A stretch of 64,000 nt of DNA from positions 96,001 to 160,000 of the forward strand of contig CAVYGB010000001.1 in the NCBI GenBank assembly GCA_963767925.1, given 5' to 3'. Shown in pieces: positions 43,366 to 54,033 of the stretch. How positions within the stretch are numbered: position 1 is the stretch's first letter; every line of letters begins with the position of its first letter. The notes below the pieces were generated by a model. The model was not told where the DNA came from. It worked only from the letters and a program-made list of their open reading frames with translations, and ran no database searches. The position numbers and the translations under genes are program-made. This stretch comes from an uncultured delta proteobacterium. GTDB taxonomy: Bacteria > Myxococcota_A > Polyangia > Fen-1088.

Positions 43366-43504
43366 CGGCCCGGGCAAGCGAGGGCCACCCCGTAACCGGC
43401 GGGGGACGTTCGTCCGCCGGCGGTAACGAGGCGCTCGCCCCGGCGATCTGGCGCGCGCCCGGACCGACGGCGGACGCGTCAGACGCGCCGTCCTCGCGCG
43501 GCGC

Positions 43505-44386
43505 TCAGGGAACCAGCTCGATGTCGTCGAGAAAGTACACGGTCGCGTCGGGCGGGGGCGACCACTCGAAGGCGGAGGCGGCCGTCCGGTCGATCGCGCC
43601 GAGACCGATCTCGTGGGTGGCCATCGTGGTGCCGACCGTGATCGTCGCCAGCAGCGGGGTGGCGGTCGTGTCGCAGGCCTCGGTCGACACCTTGGCGTAG
43701 ATCGCCACCCGCTTGCCGGGGCTGGAGGCGCGCATGCGGAAGCGCAGGGCCCGGTAGGCGGTCACGTCGCGCGGGCAATAGGAGCCGCGCAGGGTCTCGA
43801 TGAAGTCCTGGAAGCCGCCCGCGCCGGTGTGCTGCACGCGCAGCTCGCCGCTGCTGATGGTGACGTTCTGGTTGTCCCAGTCCACGATGCCGCCGAGCGG
43901 GTTGCTCGACCCCAGGGTGACGCCGGTCCGCTCGAAGTCGTCGATGGGCAGCGCCGGGGTGCCGGCGTCGGGCTCGCCCGGGTCGACGTCGGCGGCAGCG
44001 TCGGCGGGAGCGGGCGCGGGGTCGGGCGGCGCCAGATCGGGCGGGGCCGCGTCGGCGGCGGGAGGGAGGGGCGCAGGCGGGGCGCCGTCGGGCGCGGCGT
44101 CCTCCGCGGCGGCGGGCGCGTCCGGCGCTGGCGCGGGATCGGCGGTCGCCCCTTCGGGCGCGCCGGCGTCGGCGGGGGAAGCGGGCGCGGTGTCCTCGAT
44201 CGGGAGGGCGGCGTCGGCGGGGAGAGGGTCGGTCGGGGAGCCGCCGCTGGGGGCGCCGGGGCCGGCCTCGCTGCGCGGCCGCGGGTAGCCGGCGTCCCGC
44301 ATCGCCGTCAGCTCGGACGGGCTGGTCAGATCCACGCAGCCGGCGGTCAGCAGCAGCCACGCGATCGCCGGGCCGGGTGCTCTCAT
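43505..44386 (-). CDS. Lipoprotein with Pro/Ala/Asp linker and carbohydrate-binding-like beta-sandwich domain
   Basis: Lipobox TAGC; IDDFE...NPLGG, DVTAYRALRFRMR and VYFLDDIELV motifs. Confidence 0.7.
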   Translation of the reverse strand: MRAPGPAIAWLLLTAGCVDLTSPSELTAMRDAGYPRPRSEAGPGAPSGGSPTDPLPADAALPIEDTAPASPADAGAPEGATADPAPAPDAPAAAEDAAPDGAPPAPLPPAADAAPPDLAPPDPAPAPADAAADVDPGEPDAGTPALPIDDFERTGVTLGSSNPLGGIVDWDNQNVTISSGELRVQHTGAGGFQDFIETLRGSYCPRDVTAYRALRFRMRASSPGKRVAIYAKVSTEACDTTATPLLATITVGTTMATHEIGLGAIDRTAASAFEWSPPPDATVYFLDDIELVP

Positions 44387-44747
44387 CGGGCCATGATGTT
44401 CCATCAGCGGGCCGAGCAGAGCAACTCCTGTGACGGTCCGGCGCGCGCTGATCTCGCGGCCCGCACCCCGGTCAGAGGTACGTCCCGATGGGAGGACCGG
44501 TCCGGCACGGCGCCCGCATGGGGAACGCCGCGTCCGAGGTCGATCGTCAACCTGCTGGCGCGATCGGTGGGTCTTCGGGGCGCCCGCCAGGGAGTCCCCT
44601 TATCGGCCCCCCGAGGCGAACCGTTCGCAAGGTGCGATAGGCACGTAGCCCGTCGCTGCGATCGGCGGGGAGCGCGTTGACCGAGCAGATCCTGACCCTG
44701 ATAATTCAGGGGAGTCGTCCGAGGCGAGGGAGGAGACAGGGGAAGTG

Positions 44748-45971
44748 ATGACGGTCGAGTCGAAGGTGAGCATTCTGATGGTGGACGACGTGCCCGCCAA
44801 CCTGCTGGCCCTCGAGGCGATGCTCGAGAGCCTGGGGCACGAGCTGGTCCGCGCCCGATCGGGAAAGGAGGCGCTCAAGCTCCTGCTCGAGCGCGAGTTC
44901 GCGGTGATCCTCCTCGACGTCGAGATGCCCGAGATGGACGGGTTCGAGACCGCCACCTTCATCCGCGCCCGCCTCGAGACCCGCCACACCCCCATCATCT
45001 TCCTCACCGCCTCGCAGCAGCACCGGGATCAGATCTTCCGGGGCTACGCGGTGGGGGCCATCGACTACATGCTCAAGCCGCTGGTGCCGGAGATCCTCCG
45101 CTGCAAGGTGGCCAGCTTCGCCGAGCTGGCCCTCAAGACCCAGATCGTGGAGCAGCAGGCCCGCCAGCTCGAGAAGGCCCTCGTGGTGCAGCAGCAGCAG
45201 GCCGCCGAGCTGGAAGCCAAGAACCTCGAGCTCGAGGAGGAGCGGCGCCGGGTGGAGCTGCAGAGCCGGGCCAAGTCGGACTTCCTGGCCGGGATGTCCC
45301 ACGAGCTGCGCACCCCCCTCAACGCCATCATCGGGTTCTCCGAGCTGCTGGTGCAGGGGTTGCCCGGCCCCCTCAACGACAAGCAGAACGAGTTCGTGGG
45401 GCACGTGCTGGCCAGCGGCCGCCACCTGCTGACCCTGGTCAACGACGTGCTCGACCTGTCGAAGGTGGAGGCCGGCCGCCTCTCGCTCGAGCGGGAGATG
45501 GTGGCCCTCGACGGGGTGGTGCAGGCGGTCAAGGGGGTGGTCGGCGGCCTGGTGGTCAAGCAGGGGGTCGAGCTCGACGTGGCGGTGCCCGAGGACCTGC
45601 CCCTGGTCTCTTGCGATCCGGTCCGCATCAAGCAGGTGCTCTACAACCTGATGTCCAACGCCATCAAGTTCACCCCCCGGGGGGGCAAGGTCACGCTGGT
45701 GGCCAGCCGCACCGGACCCTGGATCGACATCGCGGTCAGCGACACCGGCATCGGCATCGCCGAGAAGGACCTGCCCCGCCTGTTCCGGGAGTTCGAGCAG
45801 ATCAAACCCTCGGCCGGTCACAAGCCGGAGGGGACCGGGCTGGGGCTGGCCCTCACCCGGCGCCTGCTGGCCATGCACGGCGGGTCGGTCTCGGCCCAGA
45901 GCCGCCTCGGCGAAGGCTCGACCTTCACCGTGCGCCTGCCCATCGAGGCGGAGGTGGTGCCCCAGTCATGA
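44748..45971 (+). CDS. Hybrid kinase (REC-HisKA-HATPase)
   Basis: ILMVDDVPANL, LLDVEMP, MSHELRTPL, NAIKFT and GTGLGL motifs. Confidence 0.95.
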   Translation: MTVESKVSILMVDDVPANLLALEAMLESLGHELVRARSGKEALKLLLEREFAVILLDVEMPEMDGFETATFIRARLETRHTPIIFLTASQQHRDQIFRGYAVGAIDYMLKPLVPEILRCKVASFAELALKTQIVEQQARQLEKALVVQQQQAAELEAKNLELEEERRRVELQSRAKSDFLAGMSHELRTPLNAIIGFSELLVQGLPGPLNDKQNEFVGHVLASGRHLLTLVNDVLDLSKVEAGRLSLEREMVALDGVVQAVKGVVGGLVVKQGVELDVAVPEDLPLVSCDPVRIKQVLYNLMSNAIKFTPRGGKVTLVASRTGPWIDIAVSDTGIGIAEKDLPRLFREFEQIKPSAGHKPEGTGLGLALTRRLLAMHGGSVSAQSRLGEGSTFTVRLPIEAEVVPQS

Positions 45972-46336
45972 CGATTCTCCTCGTCGAGGACAACGCCCTC
46001 AACCGCCGCCTGGCCGAGGTGACCCTGCTGGCGCGGGGCCACCAGGTCCTGCAGGCCGACACCACCGACGCCGCCCGGGCCATCCTGACGGTCGAGCGGC
46101 CCGACCTCGTGCTGATGGACATCGAGCTGCCGGGGGCCGGCGGCGAGTCGCTGCTGCGCGAGATCCGGGGCCAGGCCGACCGGGCCCACCTGACGGTCAT
46201 CGCCGTCACCGCCCGGGCCATGAACGGCGACCGCGAGCGCCTGCTGAGCTCGGGCTTCGACGGGTACATCAGCAAGCCCATCGACGTCGGCACCTTCGGC
46301 GCGGAGATCGAGTCGCTTGCCGCCCGAGGCGCGTGA
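45968..46336 (+). CDS. Single-domain response regulator
   Basis: ILLVEDN, LMDIELP and GFDGYISKPI motifs; ATGA overlap with the kinase. Confidence 0.92.
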   Translation: MTILLVEDNALNRRLAEVTLLARGHQVLQADTTDAARAILTVERPDLVLMDIELPGAGGESLLREIRGQADRAHLTVIAVTARAMNGDRERLLSSGFDGYISKPIDVGTFGAEIESLAARGA

Positions 46337-47153
46337 GCCGGCAATCGCGGATGTCAGACGTTTCGTCGAGCTGATCGAGCGCCGCTTCGGCTACGACTTC
46401 CAGGGATACGCCCTGGGCTCGCTGGCCCGCCGGCTGGCGTGGCTCAAGGACCGCACCGGCCTGACCGGGCCGGGGGACCTCGAGCGGCGGCTCGACCAGG
46501 ACCCCCACTTCGTCGACCAGGTGATCGACGCCCTCACCGTCGACGTCAGCGCGATGTTCCGGGACCCGGAGTTCTTCCTGACCTTCCGGCGCAAGGTGGT
46601 CCCCTTCCTGCGCACCTATCCCCGGCTGCGGCTCTGGGTGGCGGGCTGCGGGCGGGGCGAGGAGGTCTATTCGCTGGCCATCATCCTGCGCGAGGAGGGG
46701 CTGGAGGAGCGTTCTCTGATTTACGCCACCGACCTGAACCCCGCCGCCCTGACCCGGGCCCGGGAGGGGATCTACCCGGCCGACTCGCTGCGGAGCTACG
46801 CCGAGAGCTTCCTCCGGGCGGGGGGCCGCTCCTCCTTCGCCGGGTACTTCACGGTGGCCCACGGCTACGCCGCCATCGACCCCACCTTGCGGCGCCGGCT
46901 CTGCTTCGCCCAGCACAACCTGGTGGCCGACCGGGTGTTCGGGCAGATGCAGGTGGTGTGCTGCCGCAACGTCTTGATCTACTTCGCGCCCCCCCTGCAG
47001 GAGAGCGCGGTGGGGCTGCTCGACGCCAGCCTAGAGCCGGGGGGCTTTCTCGGGCTCGGCAGCCACGAGAGCGTGACGGTCTTCGGGGTGGCCCGCCGCT
47101 ACCAGGAGCTGGTCCCGGGCAGCCGGGTCTACCGCAAGCGTCCCTCGGAGTGA
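46317..47153 (+). CDS. cheR: CheR-family protein-glutamate methyltransferase
   Basis: FGYDF..Y, MFRDP, WVAGCGRGEEVYS, IYATDLN and CRNVLIYF motifs; start uncertain. Confidence 0.9.
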   Translation: MPPEAREPAIADVRRFVELIERRFGYDFQGYALGSLARRLAWLKDRTGLTGPGDLERRLDQDPHFVDQVIDALTVDVSAMFRDPEFFLTFRRKVVPFLRTYPRLRLWVAGCGRGEEVYSLAIILREEGLEERSLIYATDLNPAALTRAREGIYPADSLRSYAESFLRAGGRSSFAGYFTVAHGYAAIDPTLRRRLCFAQHNLVADRVFGQMQVVCCRNVLIYFAPPLQESAVGLLDASLEPGGFLGLGSHESVTVFGVARRYQELVPGSRVYRKRPSE

Positions 47154-50100
47154 GCGGCCTCCGCGCTGAGCCACACCCGCAGGGTCGACAGGAACTGCTG
47201 CACCTCGACCGGCTTGGTGACGTAGTCGCTGGCCCCGGCGTCGAGGCACTTCTGCCGATCGCCGGGCATCGCCTTGGCGGTGAGGGCGATGATCGGCAGC
47301 TTGCCGCCCCCGGGCTGGGCGCGGATGCGGCGGATGGCCTCGTAACCGTCCATGCCCGGCATCATGATGTCCATCAGCACCAGCTCGATCCCGCTCTCCC
47401 CGCTCAGCTTGTCGAGGGCGCCCTGGCCGTCGGCGGCCACCTCGACCTGCAGCCCCTTGTCGCGCAGGACGGCGGACAGCGAGTAGACGTTGCGCATGTC
47501 ATCGTCGACGATGAGCACGCGCTTGCCCTCCAGGGCGGGCTCCTTGTTGTGCACGACCTCGGTGAGGCGCTGCCGCTGCTCGGGCAGCTTGCGCCGCACC
47601 CGGTGGACGAACAGCCGCACCTCCTCCATCAGCCGCTGCGGTGAGCGCTCCCCCTTGAGCACCACCACCGTCTGGGGCTGCTTCTCGAGCTCGGACACCT
47701 CCTCGGCGGTCAAGGGGAAGCCGGTGTGGACGATGGTCGCCAGCTCGGAGGTGCGGGGGTGGGCCCGCAGGCGGGCCAGCAAATCCATCCCCGTTCGCTT
47801 GTCGGGCAGCCCCAGGTCGAGCACCAGGCAGCCGAAGGGCTCGTCGCAGAGCTGCTGGAAGGCCTCCTCGCCGGTGCCGACCGCCACCACCTCGATGTCC
47901 TTGCTGGCGATGAGGGTCGTGAGCGCCGCTCGCAGGTCGGCGTCGTCCTCCACCATGAGCACCTTGCGGACCTGCACCCCCGAGGTCTGCTCGAGGTTGC
48001 GGATGGCGCTGCGGAGCTGGTCGGCGTCGTGGGGCTTGCTGAGGAAGCCCACCGCCCCCAGCGAGCGGGCCCGATCCGCCCCCTCGGCCGCGCTGATGAA
48101 GTGCACGGGGATGCCCCGGGTGATGGGATCCATCCGCAGCCGCTCCATCACCGACCAGCCGTCCATGTCGGGCAGCCCCACGTCGAGGATGATGCCGCTC
48201 GGGCGGTGGCGGCGGGCCATGGCCAGGCCGCTTTCGCCCCGGTCGGCCACCAGGCACTTGAAGCCGGCCTGCCGGCACAGCGCGAGGGCGATGTCGATGA
48301 AGGTCTTGTCGTCGTCGATGACCAGCAGGCAGGGCTCCCCCGGGCGCAGGGCCGACTCGTCGTCGCGCACCGGCTCCGGTGGCGAGGCCGGAGCGGGCGG
48401 CCGGGTCTCCTCGGCGGGGGCGGCGTCCAGCGGGAGGTAGAGGGTGAAGGTGCTCCCCTTCTTGCCGTCGCTGGAGACCCGCAGATCGCCGCCCAGGGCC
48501 ACCGCCAGCTTGCGGGCGATGGCCAGCCCCAGGCCGGTCCCCCCGAACTTGCGGCTGGTGGTGCCGTCGGCCTGGGCGAAGGCCTCGAAGATCCACTCCT
48601 GCTTGTCGGGGGGGACGCCCACCCCGGAGTCGGTCACCGCGATGGCCAGGAAGGCGCTGGCCCCGCTCTCGGCGGCGGGGACCTCGCGGGCGGGCGCCCG
48701 GCGCAGCCGCACCGCCACCTGGCCCTTCTCGGTGAACTTGAGGGCGTTCGACAGCAGGTTCTTGAGGATCTGCTCGACCCGCATGCGATCGGTGTGCAGG
48801 TGCTCGGGCAGGTCGGCCTCTGCCTCGACCGAGAAGAGCAGCCCCTTGCGGGCGGCCAGCGGGCTCCACATCCCTCGCAGGTAGGTGGCCAGCTCCTCGG
48901 GGCCGACCTCCTCGCGCACGAGCTGCTGGCGCCCGGCCTCCACCTTCGACAGGTCGAGCACCTCGTTGATGAGGGTCAGCAGCTCCTGGCCCGACCGGTG
49001 GATCACGGTGGCGAACTCGACCTGCTTGGCGCTGAGGTTGGACGCCGAGTTCTCGGACAGCATCTGCGACAGCACGAGGATGCCGTTCAGGGGCGTGCGC
49101 AGCTCGTGGGACATGTTGGCCAGGAACTCGGACTTGTAGCGGCTGGCCCGGGCGACCTCGTCGGCCTTGTCCTGCACCATCTGGCGGGCGTCCTCCAGGG
49201 CGGCGTTCTTGTCGAGGACGGAGGCCCGCTCCACCTCCAGGGCCTCGCTCTGGCGGGCCAGCTCGTCGTTGATCTGGCGCAGCTCCTCCTGCTGGGCCTG
49301 CAGCTCCTCGGCCTGCCGCTGGCTCCGCTCGAGCAGCTCGCTCTGGCGCCGGCGGGAGCGGGCCACCGCGAAGGCCACCGCCAGCACGTCGCGGGCCCCC
49401 CTGGCCCCCTCGAGCTGCTGCTCGCTCCAGGGGGTGAGGCGGCCGAGCTCGACCACGCCGAGCACCCGGTGCTCGTGGGCGAAGGGGGCCACCACGATCT
49501 GACGGGCGGCCGCCTCGACCAGCGCCGAGCGGACCAGCAGGTGCCCGCCGGGCGGCTGGTCGAGCACCCGGAGCTGCCCGTCTTGCAGGGCCTCGCCGAG
49601 GAGGCCCTCTCCGGGCTTGAAGGTCGCCGGCAGCCCCTCCGGCTGAACGAAGGCGTGGCTGGCGCACAGGTGCAGGGCCCCGTCGTCCTCCACCAGGTAC
49701 AGCGCCGCCACCGGGGCCTCGAGGTAGCGGGCCAGGTAAACGAGGGAGCGGCGAGCCAGCTCGGCCTCCGACTGCTCGCCGGCCAGCTCGGTGGTCAGCC
49801 CGATGAGGCCGGTCTTCAGCCAGTCCTCGCGCGCCCCCTTCTCCCGGTATTCGCGCAGGCGCAGGGCGGTCTCGTTGCCCTGGCGGGCCAGGTCCCCGAA
49901 CTCGTCGAGGCTGGCCACCCGGATCTCCTGGCCGAAGTCACCCCGGGCCAGCCGCTCGACCCCCTCCTGCACGGCCTGCAGCGAGCGCACCGTGCCCCCG
50001 ATGATGCGGAAGGAGAGCAGCCCGGCCACTGCCAGGGCCAGGCCGGCCACCAGCAGGTCCAGCACCAGCGTCTGGTTGTAGGACTGGCGGGCGGCGGCGA

Positions 50101-50611
50101 AGGCGCCGGCCATGCGGGTCCGGTCGGGGGTGGCGGTGCTCTCGAGCCGGGTGGTGAGGCGGGCGTGCCGCTCCTGCATCCGCTCCATGCGATCGACCAG
50201 GGCCTCGCCCGCCTGCCCCCCGAGCAGGCGCACCGTCACGTCGCGCGCGGTCCGGTAGTAGTCCTCCATGTCGCGGCGGAGGGCGTTGGCGTCCTGGCCG
50301 TTGGCCGCCACCGCCGCCCGGGCGGCGTCCAGCGCGTGCAGGAACCGGCGCTGCAGGTCGTCGGCCTCGGCCAGCCCGTCGTGGTCCTGGGCGGCCGCCG
50401 CCCCCTCGAGCTTGCGCTGGATGTCGCTGAAGATCCGCTTGAGGTCGCGATCGAGCTCGAGCAGGGGCAGATAGGTGTCCTGCACCCGGGCGACCTGGGC
50501 CTCCGCCCGCCGGTTGAGCACCAGGGCGATGGCCGTCACGAGCAGCAGGCCCAGCAGGGCCGGCCCGACCAGCAGCAGGATCTTGTAACGGAACCGCAGC
50601 CGTTCGAGCAT
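47129..50611 (-). CDS. Membrane hybrid histidine kinase: periplasmic sensor-HAMP-GAF-coiled coil-HisKA-HATPase-3xREC
   Basis: 2 TM segments; EELQAQQEELRQINDEL; MSHELRTPL; three receivers (LVIDDD, LMVEDD, LIVDDD). Confidence 0.95.
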   Translation of the reverse strand: MLERLRFRYKILLLVGPALLGLLLVTAIALVLNRRAEAQVARVQDTYLPLLELDRDLKRIFSDIQRKLEGAAAAQDHDGLAEADDLQRRFLHALDAARAAVAANGQDANALRRDMEDYYRTARDVTVRLLGGQAGEALVDRMERMQERHARLTTRLESTATPDRTRMAGAFAAARQSYNQTLVLDLLVAGLALAVAGLLSFRIIGGTVRSLQAVQEGVERLARGDFGQEIRVASLDEFGDLARQGNETALRLREYREKGAREDWLKTGLIGLTTELAGEQSEAELARRSLVYLARYLEAPVAALYLVEDDGALHLCASHAFVQPEGLPATFKPGEGLLGEALQDGQLRVLDQPPGGHLLVRSALVEAAARQIVVAPFAHEHRVLGVVELGRLTPWSEQQLEGARGARDVLAVAFAVARSRRRQSELLERSQRQAEELQAQQEELRQINDELARQSEALEVERASVLDKNAALEDARQMVQDKADEVARASRYKSEFLANMSHELRTPLNGILVLSQMLSENSASNLSAKQVEFATVIHRSGQELLTLINEVLDLSKVEAGRQQLVREEVGPEELATYLRGMWSPLAARKGLLFSVEAEADLPEHLHTDRMRVEQILKNLLSNALKFTEKGQVAVRLRRAPAREVPAAESGASAFLAIAVTDSGVGVPPDKQEWIFEAFAQADGTTSRKFGGTGLGLAIARKLAVALGGDLRVSSDGKKGSTFTLYLPLDAAPAEETRPPAPASPPEPVRDDESALRPGEPCLLVIDDDKTFIDIALALCRQAGFKCLVADRGESGLAMARRHRPSGIILDVGLPDMDGWSVMERLRMDPITRGIPVHFISAAEGADRARSLGAVGFLSKPHDADQLRSAIRNLEQTSGVQVRKVLMVEDDADLRAALTTLIASKDIEVVAVGTGEEAFQQLCDEPFGCLVLDLGLPDKRTGMDLLARLRAHPRTSELATIVHTGFPLTAEEVSELEKQPQTVVVLKGERSPQRLMEEVRLFVHRVRRKLPEQRQRLTEVVHNKEPALEGKRVLIVDDDMRNVYSLSAVLRDKGLQVEVAADGQGALDKLSGESGIELVLMDIMMPGMDGYEAIRRIRAQPGGGKLPIIALTAKAMPGDRQKCLDAGASDYVTKPVEVQQFLSTLRVWLSAEAAHSEGRLR

Positions 50612-50616
50612 CACTC

Positions 50617-51060
50617 CTACTTGACCGCGACCGCCCGCACCCGCTGGGCGTCCGCCGACGTGGGAAGGTATCCGATCGCGCCCGCGTGCTTGAGCACGTA
50701 GTCGATCACCTCGATCTCCGAGGGCAGCTCGGGCGGGGGGACGTTTTTGCCCGAGAAGATCTGCTGCTGCCAGTAGCGCTTGATCTCGGAGACCCCCCGG
50801 CCCAGCACGTCCCGGGTGAAGGTCGTCCGGGCCGGCGCCGCCGGGGTGAGGTCGACCGGGCGGATGGGGGGACCGTGGGGCCAGTCGGCGTTGCGCTTGA
50901 GGAAGGCGTCGCGCACGAAGGTCCGGGAGACCTCCCGGATCGGGCTGTCGGGGTGCACGACGACGACGTAGCCGCCGTCTTTTCCCGCGACGGGCGAGGT
51001 CCCTGCCGCCAGCAGGATCGTCAGGGCCAGGACGCGCCCGAGGTTCTTCCAGGTGGACAC
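50617..51060 (-). CDS. Small periplasmic binding-protein-like protein ('phosphate ABC substrate-binding'-like)
   Basis: Signal peptide; VVVVHPDSP, YWQQQIFSG..PP and GAIGY motifs; AGGAGG RBS. Confidence 0.8.
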   Translation of the reverse strand: MSTWKNLGRVLALTILLAAGTSPVAGKDGGYVVVVHPDSPIREVSRTFVRDAFLKRNADWPHGPPIRPVDLTPAAPARTTFTRDVLGRGVSEIKRYWQQQIFSGKNVPPPELPSEIEVIDYVLKHAGAIGYLPTSADAQRVRAVAVK

Positions 51061-51072
51061 CGGGTCGTCCTC

Positions 51073-52299
51073 CTAGAACGTGACCGTGGTCTTGAAGAGG
51101 AAGAGGCCCCACTCGCGGGCCAGCTTGGCGATGCCGCCCGTGTTGGCGATGTCGGCGCTTTGCAGCGAGGCGGTGCCAACCAGGTAATGCGCCTCCAGCT
51201 TGAACAGCCAGTGATCGTTGACGTCGAAGCGAACCGAAAGGGCGAGATCGCGCTGATAACCTCGGTGGTGCTCGGCCGCGTAGCTGGGGTTGGAGTCGCC
51301 GTTGCGGTCGCCAGCGTCGAGGTGGATGATCGAATAGTAGGCGCCTGCCTCCAGCCAACCGGTGAAGCGATAGGTGAGCAGCCCGTAAAAGCGCTCCTCG
51401 TTGACCTTGCCGGGTGGCTGGCCCTGGTCCGGCTCGAGCACGAGCCGGCCGAAGTAGCGGCCGTATTCGGCGGCCAGCAGGAAGCCGTGCGATTCGAACT
51501 CCAGGGAGGCCACGTACATGCGGAAGTCCTGGAAGTCGAAGTGGATCTTTCCGTCGAAGTCGGGCGGGACCCGCATGGCCATGCGGAGCGCCTCGGCCGT
51601 GGCCGCGGGTAAGGTGTAGTCGAGGCTCAGCCGGAGGGCCTGGGCCGAGCCGCCGATGCGCAGGCCGGGCAGGGGCGTGCGCCAGAAAACCTGGCCGGCG
51701 GCGACGTAGGGGGTGTCGAGGTTATCTACGGCGGGGTTCTCCTTGGCGTCGACGAAGATGGTGCCAAAGCCGAGCTGGTACTCGAGCAGCCCCAGGTCGA
51801 ACGGCCGGAAGGCCCCGTAGAGCGAGAAGCCGGTCTGGGCCAGGGTGAAGTCGCGGCCCCGGGTGGGGTACAGGCTCTGGGGCAGCAGGATCGACAGGCG
51901 GGCCGAGTCGATGTCCGAGTATTCGTTGTAAAGGCCGAAGGGCAGCTTGATCCGCCCGGCCCGCAGGCCGAGCCAGGGCCGCCAGCGGTAGTCGAGGTAG
52001 GCCCAGTCGGCCTTGAGCGAGTAGTCGCCGAGCGGTCCCAGGTCGCGAGCGAAGATCTGCACCCCCACCCGCAGCCGATCCACCACCTCGGTGGAGAAGT
52101 TGAGCCCCGCATCGAAGAACTCGACGCTGCCCCGTCTGGTGTGGGCCAGGTAGTCGTTCCCGGTGGACAGCATGGCACCCTGGCTGACGAAGCCGTGCAC
52201 CTGCACCCCTTCGGCGCGCGCCGGTCCCGTGGCGATGACGACCGCGGCGAGGCCCACGGCGAGCCCCGCCCCACCAACCCCACCATCCCGTATGCGCAT
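51073..52299 (-). CDS. Outer-membrane porin-like protein
   Basis: VQVHGFVSQG, DWAYLDY, LRAGRIKLPFGLYNE and VRFDV..LFKLEAH motifs; terminal Phe. Confidence 0.8.
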   Translation of the reverse strand: MRIRDGGVGGAGLAVGLAAVVIATGPARAEGVQVHGFVSQGAMLSTGNDYLAHTRRGSVEFFDAGLNFSTEVVDRLRVGVQIFARDLGPLGDYSLKADWAYLDYRWRPWLGLRAGRIKLPFGLYNEYSDIDSARLSILLPQSLYPTRGRDFTLAQTGFSLYGAFRPFDLGLLEYQLGFGTIFVDAKENPAVDNLDTPYVAAGQVFWRTPLPGLRIGGSAQALRLSLDYTLPAATAEALRMAMRVPPDFDGKIHFDFQDFRMYVASLEFESHGFLLAAEYGRYFGRLVLEPDQGQPPGKVNEERFYGLLTYRFTGWLEAGAYYSIIHLDAGDRNGDSNPSYAAEHHRGYQRDLALSVRFDVNDHWLFKLEAHYLVGTASLQSADIANTGGIAKLAREWGLFLFKTTVTF

Positions 52300-52671
52300 G
52301 GATACCCCCCGGTTACTTTCTACGCGCGTACAACCAGTGTCAATGAAATCGACCCCGGCTTCAGGGAGCGCACCGACGGAGACCCGAGGTGGGCGTTGCG
52401 CGCTCACGCCGACGGAACGAGCGCGAGGTGCGCGCGCCTGCCTCGGCGGCCCACCTTGCCGGAGGCGGGGCCGGGGCGCTCGCGGGGTCGGAGGCAGCGG
52501 CGGCTCGACGTCGTCGGGACGCGGTCTGGACCGGCCACGCACCTCGAGACGAACATCAAAGTGAGTTACACGCTGCAGGCCCGGTCCCTCACTTGCGCGG
52601 CCCGGGTCCCCTCCGCAAAATAAAGAGTCCAATATCCCTCGTGGGGTAGGGCACATCGAGTTCGGGGGGGA

Positions 52672-53841
<1,170 letters not shown>

Positions 53842-54033
53842 TCGTCGGCGCGACGCGGACGCGACGCCGGCGTCATACCGGCGCGCGCATCCCGATGTCC
53901 GGCGCCCGAAAGAGGGCCACTTTCCGTCGCTGGCGCGACCGGGGAGCGTGGCATGTCGGTTGCTGAGTTCCCCTGACTGCGTGGGAAATTGCAGCCGTTC
54001 CAGCCGCAATCTGGTTCCGGGGGTCAGCGGCAA

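Noticed and set aside
47726..50701. 991-aa plus-strand ORF and similar long antisense ORFs throughout the window
   Set aside because: They mirror well-supported genes on the opposite strand, which is expected in high-GC DNA, and carry no motifs
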